DNA of 64,000 nt, from positions 50,350 to 114,349 of the forward strand of contig CAWJCY010000004.1 of NCBI GenBank assembly GCA_963841565.1, given 5' to 3'. Each line of letters starts with the position of its first letter. The first letter of the stretch is position 1. The notes beneath the pieces are model-generated. The model made no database searches. It saw nothing but the letters and a program-made list of their open reading frames with translations, and was not told the DNA's origin. Positions 44,477 through 54,683 of the stretch are shown here, in pieces. This DNA is from an uncultured Nitrososphaerales archaeon (GTDB lineage: Archaea; Thermoproteota; Nitrososphaeria; Nitrososphaerales; Nitrososphaeraceae). Position numbers and translations under genes: made by a program.

Positions 44477-45067
44477 TTATTGTTTATCGAATGTAACCTC
44501 TAATATTCCATTTTTATAAGTCGCCTTGGCAGTCTCGGAGTCAATATTATACGGAATGTCTAGAGTACGGGTGCGTTGTTCCCCCTTATTATTTAGATGT
44601 GAAATTGTAATCGAGTAATCATCATAGGCAACTACCTTGATATTTTCTTTCTTATTGTTAATAGGAAGTTGGGACACTATTTTGATGTTCTTATCGGATA
44701 CAATTACATCCTCGGAAGTGTCATGTTCTACTTTTTCGATTCTGGACTCAACGAACTTATCGGAACCTGGTACAGTTTCAACCTTTCTTTTGAATTTTCT
44801 TTCGCTTGCATTTTTGTTCGGTCTGGCAACAGGATAAGAACTGTCTAGAACTATATCCACCTTTTCTCTTACGACCTCACTTCTGATACCCACGTAAATC
44901 TCTGAGGACTCAGTCCATTCATTCATGTCCTCGTCACAAATATCGTAGAGCTTTTTTTTCAATTTATTAAATTCCCTCACTAATTCTAGTGCCATTAGAT
45001 CAGGTTCGTCATCTAAAAATATATCCATCCATTTTTCTATTTGTCTATACCAGTGGTCAGGCATCAA
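44477..45067 (-). CDS. Hsp20/alpha-crystallin family small heat-shock protein
   Basis: C-terminal 'KENIKV...AKATYKNGILEVTF'. Confidence 0.8.
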   Translation of the reverse strand: MMPDHWYRQIEKWMDIFLDDEPDLMALELVREFNKLKKKLYDICDEDMNEWTESSEIYVGIRSEVVREKVDIVLDSSYPVARPNKNASERKFKRKVETVPGSDKFVESRIEKVEHDTSEDVIVSDKNIKIVSQLPINNKKENIKVVAYDDYSITISHLNNKGEQRTRTLDIPYNIDSETAKATYKNGILEVTFDKQ

Positions 45068-45340
45068 TTGTACATACGTCCGTAGAGGAACAAAATAAAG
45101 GTTGTCAGACGGGTATTGAAGGTCAACCGGTTAAATATGACTGACCTCAAGGCACGTCTTGGGTGTATTTGAGACATTCGGTAGCATAATAAAAATCTTA
45201 GATGATCTTCTTTAAAATGCGCGCAAAAATACAAATTTTCTAACCTCCGGATATGTGTTACTATATGATCTAATAACGAAATGGCCATAAAGGTTGAATT
45301 TTATATGATATGTAAAGACCTTAACCAATACAAACACCAT

Positions 45341-45392
45341 AAAGGTGGGCGACACTATCGGCATCCTATCTACCATGGTCGCCTGCCTTTTT
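45341..45392 (+). ncRNA. Hairpin-family element followed by a T-tract
   Basis: AAAGGTGGGCGAC pairs with GTCGCCTGCCTTT using two G-U wobbles; loop contains TATCGGCA, as does the copy at 51.18 kb. Confidence 0.5.
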
Positions 45393-45410
45393 CTCGACCT
45401 GCCTATTACA

Positions 45411-45602
45411 TTAGGTTTCTTCGGTAAATGAATGACACAATAGATTCACAGGGATATCTTTCAAGTAGAGGTCTTCGGCGCGCATTCCATGTTTTTGTAT
45501 TGCATGATCCGCACCGTTTTTTAAGAACTCTTCCATTGTCTCACCTTCGATGACAAAATCGCAGTCCAGGCCAGATTCACGACATACTAGAATATACATC
45601 AC
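45411..45602 (-). CDS. DUF1059 small metal-binding protein
   Basis: C..SG.DCDF.I.GET.EE......HA...HG. Confidence 0.85.
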   Translation of the reverse strand: MMYILVCRESGLDCDFVIEGETMEEFLKNGADHAIQKHGMRAEDLYLKDIPVNLLCHSFTEET

Positions 45603-46629
45603 TATTACTATGTGCGGATCAATCTTAAGCCTTCTTACAACTACTATTGCGCATAGTAATGTGTGGTAAATTGATGTCTAAAGACACTCCATTGACTAAT
45701 AACAGAATGATTTTAGGATGGAATCTATTATCAGAGAACTACTTCAATGGGGTTCGGGATCGCTAGATCTTCTGAAAGGAATTCCATTCCAATTGCTATA
45801 GCAATAAGCAATACAGTAGACACGCTCAACAGCATTCGAAATGTTGGATATTTTGAAATGTTTTGAAATATGATTAATTATACTGCATAATAATTAAACT
45901 TATACTTAAAGTATCAATTAACTTATTTATTAACAAGAACAGAAACAAAAATTTAGAATTTGAATAATTATTATAACGATCATACAACAACATCTCGTGA
46001 GCCTGAGAATGTTATTTAAAATCTTAGTTTTAGACCGGATTAATTCTTGGCGCGATATATCTACGACAAGAATTCATTAAATTTATTCAAATATTTTCTT
46101 ACTGTTTAATGCTGACGCACTTGTCATTATACCCACATAATGAATATTTTGAATGATCTCCACATGCTATGCAATTGATGCTACAGTTAAAACAGTTTTT
46201 AAGCATTGAATTATTGATTTTTTTGACTTTTCGTTCAATACCTTTCAAGATATTACATCGATCCTCAAGTAAAAGAGATGGGGAAACCCTCTGATGAATT
46301 TCATAATTAGAATGAGATTATTCATTGTGGTTACTTTTCATATATATTGACGAAATTTCCTAAGGCCGAAGGTATTTTGAGTATCAAGTTTAAATTTTGT
46401 CTAAAATTTGTTACTGAATCGCGGATTCAAATAATAAATTATTTCAGAATCGATTTGATAGAAAAGTAGTATAACATCATACCATTGTATCTACTATAAA
46501 TTTCAGCCTCGTAAAGTAAGGAAGGGTATTATTTTCAATTTTTCATGACACCAAATCAAATCTAAAGTGAACAGATCCAAAAAGCAAATAAAAGAATAAA
46601 AATCTGAACAAGCAATTTTATGTATTAAA

Positions 46630-47520
46630 TTGACTAGTACAGAGCATGCTTTAAGATTAAGACCTGGAGTCATAGATGATGCGAAGGAGGTTGGAAAAAT
46701 AATTTTTGAAGCATTTTCAGAGATTGCAGATAAGCATGGCTTTCCTCGCGAGTTTCCTACTGTTGATATCGGAATAAATGTAGCCTCTTCTTTTCTCTCT
46801 AACCCTGGATTCTATTCAGTAGTTGCCGAAGATATTGAGGGATACGGTAACAAGGTCATAGGAAGCAACTTTTTAGATGAACGGTCAAATATAGTGGCAG
46901 GGATTGGACCAATAACAATTGATCCAAAATTCCAGAATAAAGGAGCAGGTCGACAGTTAATGAGCAATGTAATGGAGAGAGCTAGAAGCAGGAACTATCC
47001 GGCAATACGTTTGCTCCAAGCGTCATATCATAACCGATCACTTGCGCTGTATACCAGCTTAGGGTTTGATGTCAGAGAGCCAATATCAACCATGCAGGGA
47101 AAACCAATTTCAGTAGTCATTCCTGGAAGATCTGTGCGGGTAGCTACTGAGTCGGATTTGGAATCATGTAACGCAATCTGCAGAGCGATTCATGGCCATG
47201 ATAGAAATGGTGAGTTAAAAGACAGTATAAAGCAAGGAATTGCCAAAGTAGTTTTGCACGGGGAAAAAATTACAGGCTATACAAGTGGATTGACATATTT
47301 TAACCACTCGGTGGGTTTTACTAATGATGACCTTAAGGCCCTCATTGCCTCAGAAACTGATTGTTATGGAGGACCCGGTATTCTTATTCCAACTAGAAAT
47401 GCCGAGCTGTTCCGATGGTGTCTTGACAACAGTCTAAGACTAGTCCATCAACTTACCCTCATGACTATTGGTATGTATAACGAACCTGCTGGATACTACA
47501 TGCCCTCCATTCTATACTGA
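46630..47520 (+). CDS. GNAT acetyltransferase (tandem GNAT fold)
   Basis: GPITIDPKFQNKGAGRQL, 'N.RSLALYTSLGF'. Confidence 0.9.
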   Translation: MTSTEHALRLRPGVIDDAKEVGKIIFEAFSEIADKHGFPREFPTVDIGINVASSFLSNPGFYSVVAEDIEGYGNKVIGSNFLDERSNIVAGIGPITIDPKFQNKGAGRQLMSNVMERARSRNYPAIRLLQASYHNRSLALYTSLGFDVREPISTMQGKPISVVIPGRSVRVATESDLESCNAICRAIHGHDRNGELKDSIKQGIAKVVLHGEKITGYTSGLTYFNHSVGFTNDDLKALIASETDCYGGPGILIPTRNAELFRWCLDNSLRLVHQLTLMTIGMYNEPAGYYMPSILY

Positions 47521-48117
47521 AAGTCGTCTATGAGTCAATCATCTTTCAATACGTATATTCAATCAGTAAAAAGATATCAATATAACCCTTGTTATACAAA
47601 CAGGGAATCTATATCCTAACGCATCTATTTATTGTGAGAAAAAGAAAGGATTTGTTCACATGTTAGCTAGTCATGGTTTACATATCTGATTGATGAGTAT
47701 ACTCAATTCGAATAATGACTGAATTAAGCTGATTTGAAGCTATAATTGTAAAATCATGATTTAATAATTTTGAAATATTATAGTAATGTTTTAGTTATTC
47801 AATAGCTTACATATAAAAGTCTGATATGAACAACAAAACTATCTGTTTATAAATACATAACAAACACAGACGAAGTTTGGGACTCGAATCCATACCGTAT
47901 AATCGTGGATTCATTCAAATAAAACTATTGATATGGTCACGATTTGAAGCTGTCTCTTGAATTCATGATTTACCTAGACACTTAACTTTCTTACCTTCTC
48001 CTTTCTAGAGTCCAAAGGAACAGTTTGTTGTGGTGGCGGTTGTACTGGGTCTTGCAAATTATCATTTTTATTTTGTTTCTTTAAGTTAATAAAATGTTCA
48101 TATGAATCCACGACTAA

Positions 48118-48148
48118 GGCGCCGGGAGTGGGACTCGAACCCACGAGC
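48118..48148 (-). mobile_element. tRNA 3'-end fragment (Ser-like acceptor TCCCGGC-G); probable att site
   Basis: Minus strand CTCGTGGGTTCGAGTCCCACTCCCGGCGCC is a T-arm plus 3' acceptor strand, with no D or anticodon arm. Confidence 0.75.
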
Positions 48149-48511
48149 TACAGTCGTGGAGTGTATCAACATTTTCTGCATCAGTTTCCAACTTCGAGAA
48201 TAGTGATCTCATTTGGTGGATCGAGCAAAATTGATACATGCTCATTTGCATGACAATATTCTTTGATTTATTTAAGCTTACCTCCAGATCCCATCCTGGC
48301 CCTGCCGATATATAATTTAGAAAGATCTTAAATGTCATCTCCTGCAGCTAATATGAAATGACTTTTATAATCTAACTTTCTGTCTTAATATCCATTTCTG
48401 TTATCCTAATTTTGCGCGTATATCTGTAGATCGTTTTTTTTGTGCAAAACGGCTGCCGCAGTACACAAATACTGCGAGGCCAACCACGAAGAGACCATTC
48501 TGGCGCCATAT

Positions 48512-48698
48512 AAGGTAGGAGGCGCAAGTCACCAGGTTTGGTCTGCCTGGTTTATCCTACCTTTTTATGATTTGTTGTACGGAATTATGTAGGGAGCGCC
48601 TGAGCTAACGTAACTCAAATCTAGACGTATGCAAGGTAGGTCAAGGTAGATAGGCGGCCATTTTCTGAACCCGGTTAAGTCTCTGGCCGTCCTATCTA
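48512..48698 (+). ncRNA. Two hairpin-family elements in tandem
   Basis: AAGGTAGGA..ACCAGG / CCTGGT..TCCTACCTT (48512-48563) and TAGATAGGCGGCCA / TGGCCGTCCTATCTA (48647-48698). Confidence 0.55.
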
Positions 48699-48777
48699 GT
48701 TTGATAAAGATTATCCGTCGAATCATGAGCAATTACTGTGAAGGCTATTATAGTCACAGATTTCATATTATGGCAAC

Positions 48778-49224
48778 ATGGCGAAAGCTTCATCGAAAAA
48801 GCGGTCATCTTCCAAATATGATGTCATTATTAAGGCCAAGGCAACGACTACGAGAATTGTTGATATTAATAATGAAATCGTGAGACTTGAGAGCAATAAC
48901 AAGGGACAAGTTACCGGAAAACACTATTCAGGAATTCACTGGGACACAGTAGAAGCCACAATGTTAGCAGATGGTAGTGCAACCCTGACGATCAGGTATT
49001 TGCATATGACTATGAATGGTGAGGCCATTACGGGGATTGGAACTGGAACTCAGATGGCTCCAAATCGCAGGGGAATCTCGCAAGTCACTGCTGAGGGAAC
49101 CATGTGGACATCTGCTCCGAGACTATCGCATCTAAATGGCGGCAGATGGACACACAATGGTGAAGTTAATACCATTAAAGAGACTGTTGACGTACGGGGT
49201 AACTTCACAATCTCAAATACATAA
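48778..49224 (+). CDS. Hypothetical beta-rich protein
   Basis: 148-aa ORF with G/T-rich beta-strand pattern and a basic N-terminus. Confidence 0.7.
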   Translation: MAKASSKKRSSSKYDVIIKAKATTTRIVDINNEIVRLESNNKGQVTGKHYSGIHWDTVEATMLADGSATLTIRYLHMTMNGEAITGIGTGTQMAPNRRGISQVTAEGTMWTSAPRLSHLNGGRWTHNGEVNTIKETVDVRGNFTISNT

Positions 49225-49843
49225 ATAAAACGATCCTATAATAGCTCAACTAATATTGAAATTGGCGTCATATTATTGCAGAGTCGAAAATACTGCAAAA
49301 CATGACTAGTTTCCCTCCACGATGTTATTATTGAGGTAGTAAAAACTTTGGTTCAGTCGATGGATATGAGCGTCACGTTGTAATTAGGCACCCAAACCTA
49401 CCCGGTTATCCTGGACCGGTCGATATCAAATTTTATGGTATAAAAATACAAGATATGTCCTGGGAAAGAGAAATAAAAGAGGATTTTGAATGGAAATAGT
49501 TAGTTGTTCACCATTTTTGATACAGCCTAATTATGCATGTAAACTCGGACGAAGGTAAGATTGAGATAGATATCACCGATGATCATGATTGGGTTGAACA
49601 AATAGGTAAAAACAGCCATATAATGCGAACAAGATGGTGGCAAGCCGGGAATGAATAGAACGAAAGACCCCGATCTACTACCGTATTGCTCAAATATCAT
49701 TATGAAAAATATTTATAGCACAGAATTTATAATAATATAACCATTTCCTCAAGAATTTATGGCTTCTCTCTGATTTAGCTCAGAAAAGTTGATATGACAA
49801 TGTATAAATGCTCAAGACGAGATAATACTATTTTAGAGATGTA

Positions 49844-50212
49844 ATGAAAAAGACTAGACTTAATATAGTGTACGAGTTGCCACTGAAAAAAATCAAGCTC
49901 TCTCCTATTACCATTGAAAACAATAAAATATTGCAGCCTATCGATAAAATCTATTTTGTGATTTGTAATTCCTGTTACTGGTGTGCGACTTATTTCGGTA
50001 TTGATGATTTAGAGTCTCTATCTGGATCATCATCGCATGTTCTAGATTGTCATGTTTGTAATTCACATAACACCGAACTGATGCCTATTGCGACTGACGA
50101 ATCATTTAGAATAGAATATAGCCTAACAAGAGGGATGGAGATTGAATTCTATAAGAGTAATAAAGTTGTGTCTAGACAGGAATCTGTTAATGTCTTAGTG
50201 AGACCTGGATAG
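49844..50212 (+). CDS. Zn-ribbon protein (CNSC...CHVC)
   Basis: Paralog of 52375-52746 and 35622-35922. Confidence 0.8.
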   Translation: MKKTRLNIVYELPLKKIKLSPITIENNKILQPIDKIYFVICNSCYWCATYFGIDDLESLSGSSSHVLDCHVCNSHNTELMPIATDESFRIEYSLTRGMEIEFYKSNKVVSRQESVNVLVRPG

Positions 50213-50272
50213 TAAAATTGGAAAGAATAATTATATGATATTAAGTCTGACTGACTTATTGATTGATGTCAA

Positions 50273-50497
50273 ATGTTAAACGAACAGGAACAAATGAAGG
50301 TTTTACAACATAAAATATTAACGAGTCTTAATCCCGATGAAATCAGGTCATTATTAAATGAATTAGAAGCGTTCGGTCATAAATCTTTACCATGCATGTC
50401 TGAGATATTGAAGCTATCTTATAATAGTGACATTGTACGACCCACTAATCTTTGCATCTCACGTGTAAAACAACAGTTCGAGTGGTCAGATTCATAA
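50273..50497 (+). CDS. Small helical (HEAT-like) hypothetical protein
   Basis: 'LNELEAFGHKSLPCMSEIL' helical pattern. Confidence 0.5.
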   Translation: MLNEQEQMKVLQHKILTSLNPDEIRSLLNELEAFGHKSLPCMSEILKLSYNSDIVRPTNLCISRVKQQFEWSDS

Positions 50498-50689
50498 TAC
50501 ATTCCCTGTTATTAAACAGTATTCAGCTAACGAGTTGTTCGGTATCAGAGTAACCCGAGTCCAGTTAGTAACAATCGAATATACTAAACCTGAAATAACA
50601 TATCGTAATCTATTACTCAATAGGAGAAATTAGTGATATAATTATACGTTAGGGGGTAAAGTTAGGAAGCTTCGTTTAGCTATATAAAT

Positions 50690-50780
50690 AAAACCTAAAT
50701 CGTATCTGTCGAACCTGCTACCACTACTGCAGTGGCAAATCTACTACCCACTCAATTAATCTTAATCTTTATGTTTTTTT
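50690..50780 (-). pseudogene. 3' fragment of a TRAM gene
   Basis: Reverse strand resembles KNIKIKIN.VGSRFATAVVVAGSTDTI*. Confidence 0.7.
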
Positions 50781-50863
50781 GGTCAGACTCTTTTAACTGT
50801 TATCTAAATGATTTTTTTATATTTTATTGCCTGAATACTGCAGGGAAAATTCTAGCAAACTCT

Positions 50864-51466
50864 AAAGGTAGGAGTAACACCAGGTTTGGTCTGCCTGCCT
50901 GGTTTATCCTACCTTTTATGATTTGTTGTATACATACCATTGACAGTATCTCCAACTACTGTCGCTGGTAACAAATCCAACCCAGCTTCAAACGTTCCAT
51001 CGTGACTAAGACAGGTCAGATACAAGATAGAAATAGTCGCCAGGTTGTTATATATCGCCTGGTAGCTTTCCATCTTCATAAAAAAGATAAGATAAGCTAA
51101 CCTGGAAATCTTGTATGTTTAAATGTCGGTAATGCTACATGTCGCAAACCTGCACAAGGTAGAGGTAGTGACGGCTAGCATATCGGCACAAATTCTGTTG
51201 GTCGTCCCTACCTACAAAGTTTTAAATGCTCATTTTGTGAATTCGGGGAACCGTAACCAAAGGTCCGAAACCAAAGGCGCGGTGAACCCATGGTAGACGG
51301 CTAGGGTTTGTTAACCTAATCTCTTCCTAGCCGTTCTACCTCTTACCACAATTTCAAGATATCTAGAAAATGTCTAATATTAATATGGTTTGTTATGAAT
51401 CATTATGATTAGGTTGGGCGGCCAGCAGGCTCATCTGATTAGACAGAATCTCTGGTCATCCTACCT
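50864..51466 (+). ncRNA. Array of five hairpin-family elements
   Basis: Stems at 50864-50916, 51024-51076, 51163-51213, 51292-51340 and 51411-51466. Confidence 0.6.
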
Positions 51467-51512
51467 TATGTGCTTTGCATAGTGGCGTTAGTTTCATCAT
51501 CGAGGAAAAATA

Positions 51513-51965
51513 TTAAAATCGAACTTTTACAGTATCGAAGTCTGTCCACATATTAAATCCAGTGACTACAAAAACCTGAAAATGAAGGTGTCGTAGATAT
51601 GTATAACCAGTCATTCTAACCTTAGCTATCTCTTCGCCTGCTCTGACATTCTGACCAACTTTCACTGTTGAACTATTATAGCTTAGGTGATCGTATCGTG
51701 AGTATTCTCCGTTTGAGTGCATAATTACAATAAAGTTTGTATGCCCCCAATAAACTGGATTAGATCCTCCGATATTAGAGTCATCTTTAACAAAAGTCAC
51801 TATTCCGTCGGCTGTGGCAAGAACGGGCGTATCTTTATCAACTATAAGATCAATGGCGTTTCGAAGTTTGTCCATATGAGCTGGCGAGGAAGTTCTGTCG
51901 ATACGCTGTAACAGATCTTTCGGTACCGGGAGTTTATATTTATTGATAGCATTTTTCCTCACCAT
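51513..51965 (-). CDS. M23 family metallopeptidase domain protein
   Basis: NAIDL, TPVLA.ADG.V, Y.HL, V..GQ.V.AGE.IA, HLHFQV. Confidence 0.85.
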   Translation of the reverse strand: MVRKNAINKYKLPVPKDLLQRIDRTSSPAHMDKLRNAIDLIVDKDTPVLATADGIVTFVKDDSNIGGSNPVYWGHTNFIVIMHSNGEYSRYDHLSYNSSTVKVGQNVRAGEEIAKVRMTGYTYLRHLHFQVFVVTGFNMWTDFDTVKVRF

Positions 51966-52374
51966 GATTTTATGCCTTGTTCTACTACATGACTTTGGTT
52001 ACATCATAGACTTGTAGATATGATTGCGACATTGGATGTGAGAGAAAATGGCATTATAATTTAAAATATCTTCCTAATGTTACCGTTCAGTTTAGATATA
52101 GCAACTATAGTTTCGCTCATTATAAACCCGACCATTACAGTTTTTTTGCCAGGATCAAAATGACTCGCAAGATTATTTAACACTATTGTAAAATTATTCA
52201 GTCGGATATAAAAGACTTTAAAAAATACACAGAGATTTGCTATTTTAGAGCTCAGAATTTATAATAAATGATCATTCTCTCAGCAATTCATAAGCCTCTT
52301 TAAAAAACAAAGCCGAGATGATAATACATAAAAACTATAGCTGCGACTAAAGACTTTTAGGAATGTGATAAGAA

Positions 52375-52746
52375 ATGATCAGACTTAATATAGTGTATGA
52401 TTTGCTGCAAACAACCAAGATCTCTTCGAATACTATTGAAGATAATGAAATTTTGCGGCCCGTCGATAAGATCTATTTTGTGATTTGTAATTCATGTTAT
52501 TGGTGTGCGACTTATTTCGGCATTGACGAGTTAGAGTCTATATCTGAATCATCATCGCGTGTTCTAGATTGTCACATTTGTAATTCTCATAATACAGAAC
52601 TAATACCTATCTCCACTGACGAATCATTCAGAATAGAATATAATCGAACTAAAGGTATGGAAATGGAGTTTTATAGGGGTAACAATATTGTTAATAGACA
52701 ACAGTTTGCTAATGAGTATGAAGCTTCACGTTCACTATCAGAGTAA
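52375..52746 (+). CDS. Zn-ribbon protein (CNSC...CHIC)
   Basis: Close paralog of 49844-50212, including shared upstream sequence (CAGAATTTATAATAA). Confidence 0.8.
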   Translation: MIRLNIVYDLLQTTKISSNTIEDNEILRPVDKIYFVICNSCYWCATYFGIDELESISESSSRVLDCHICNSHNTELIPISTDESFRIEYNRTKGMEMEFYRGNNIVNRQQFANEYEASRSLSE

Positions 52747-53125
52747 CTTACAAATACTATCTATAGATCCATCTTATCATAAATGACAGCTAAATAATAT
52801 TATGTTTGATAGCGCAATATTTATGATAATAATGCCTTGGTCGTCCGCTACTCACCACAACATGATTATGTGTTATACGTTCTCTACAAGAGACACAAAG
52901 TCCATTCTGTTTAGCTTCTATCATTCTGAGTATACGATTTATTTTTTCATTGGGATTAATGATTACCGGGAGAACTAGATTATTATCATCTATTAAAGAG
53001 CATACAAATGAGATTTGTTATACACTAACTTGGAGTAAAAACACAATAAAATTTAGCTATCGAGACTTTCTTCTAGTCGATACGTTGTGAAATTGTTATA
53101 TATCATAAAAATAATTGCCAATTCG

Positions 53126-53386
53126 ATGAAAAGTCAAATAATTGTAGCCATTGGCGTCGCAATCGTTGCGTCGATATTGGTGACTGGACTTGCATCCTCT
53201 ATTTATGCCCAGTCAAATATGACTGGAGGAAATGTGACTGGAGGAAATATGACTGGAGGAAATGTGACTGGAACAACGAGCACAGATGGCGGTGATGGTG
53301 ACGACGGTGGAGATGGAGATGGTGACAACGGAGACGGTGGAGACAACAGTGACGGAGAGAACGATGGAGAAGACGGATCGAACTAG
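53126..53386 (+). CDS. Small secreted low-complexity protein with four N(M/V)T sequon repeats
   Basis: Signal peptide ending in IYA; 15-bp tandem repeat at 53216-53272; D/G-rich tail. Confidence 0.75.
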   Translation: MKSQIIVAIGVAIVASILVTGLASSIYAQSNMTGGNVTGGNMTGGNVTGTTSTDGGDGDDGGDGDGDNGDGGDNSDGENDGEDGSN

Positions 53387-53565
53387 TTAGATACGTAGTA
53401 TAAAATCAAAGTTAAACAATCCAATTTTATATTATTTTTTTCCTGTTCTTTATTTATAGGCTTTCTGTCAGCTCCAGTTTAAAACTTGACTGATTTTTAT
53501 ATTATGTTGTATATAGTCAAGCAGATAGGTCCCTAACTATCGTAAACATGATCTGACATACATAA

Positions 53566-53830
53566 TAGGGCAGCAACCAGGTTGGTGGTTTCATCCCCTG
53601 GTTGCTCACCCCTACTATCTATACACACTATGTTATGTTATAATATAAGCCAAGATAGGATAGGTTTGTCTTCGTATGAAGCTGGTTTGGTCTATCCGGC
53701 TGGCTAGCTTCAATTTTTTTACTATTCATTTAATGGTAAACATTAAGAACGAGTTGCCCTACAATTTTAAGTTAACCTATATCTTGGGTTGGGCAACTTC
53801 TCCATTTACCTCAAGCCCAACTCCAAGATA
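53566..53830 (+). ncRNA. Cluster of three hairpins (one clear family member, two divergent)
   Basis: TAGGG.AGCAACCAGG / CCTGGTTGCT..CCCCTA; TGAAGCTGGT / GCTAGCTTCA; TATCTTGGGTTGGGC / GCCCAACTCCAAGATA. Confidence 0.5.
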
Positions 53831-54523
53831 GTTTATGTTAATAACCAAGTCACACTATCGACATTTACAGTACGAGGTTACGTACGTCTCGTCTTAGGAT
53901 CCCTGAGGGTTAGGACTGGCCTGATTATAATAATGGCAGTGATATTTGCAGTGATGATGTTGGATTGTTATTAGGACTTGAAGTCGTCGGTGGAACAGGA
54001 GCTGTTACTGGTGCGGGGTAGTATAGACTGCACCATCGAAACATATCATGCTGGTATTCCACATCAACTGAAGTCAAGAGATCGTAAGATCAGTTCTGTT
54101 CTAATTCAGATACAATACTAGAAGATATGATAATGTCCATTTTTGGGTGTGCAAATGACTACCGACTCTGGTATTGATGTCGATATATTAGCGAAGAGAC
54201 TATGTACCTATAGCTAATCCAATATTCAGCCCACTCCTCTCTACAATAGTTACAACGAGATATTTGATAAGACAAACTATCATAGGTACGATACATTGGA
54301 ATGATTGTGATATTATCCGCTTTACATATACAACGTTCATTAGTTGCAGCAGGTCTTACAAGATTATTGTGTTCATTTTCTAGGAGTTTACTCGTGCGCC
54401 TGCAACACCAGCTGTAGTATGCAGATCATAACTTTAACCTTTTCTAATATATCACCAACCAATGCGGCCACTAGTTAGAATAACAAAAAGAAAAAAGGTT
54501 AGGTTAGACTATTTTTAGTCGCC

Positions 54524-54637
54524 TTATCCGTTGCCTTCGCCGCCGTAGTCACCGCCGTTACCGCGGCCATCCTCGTGTGGGCCTTGGCTGCTTGCGAGTC
54601 TTGCGCGATTATCGTCGCCCTGAAACATTCTATACAT
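54524..54637 (-). pseudogene. Internally deleted third copy of the 42136/42593 secreted-protein gene
   Basis: Upstream sequence of gene 42593 (GTTATATCACAAATGTATAGAATGTT) is fused directly to its 3' part (TCAGGGCGACGATAA). Confidence 0.75.
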
Positions 54638-54683
54638 TTGTGATATAACTGAGCGTTAGACTAACAATAATAGAAATTGAGGG

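Noticed and set aside
48114-48338. 74-aa ORF or a complete tRNA gene
   Set aside because: The ORF tail (SSWVRVPLPAP) is just the translated tRNA T-arm; D and anticodon arms are absent.
50864-51466. Integron attC sites
   Set aside because: No RYYYAAC...GTTRRRY boxes at the hairpin ends and no ORF cassettes between units; kept only as a loose analogy.
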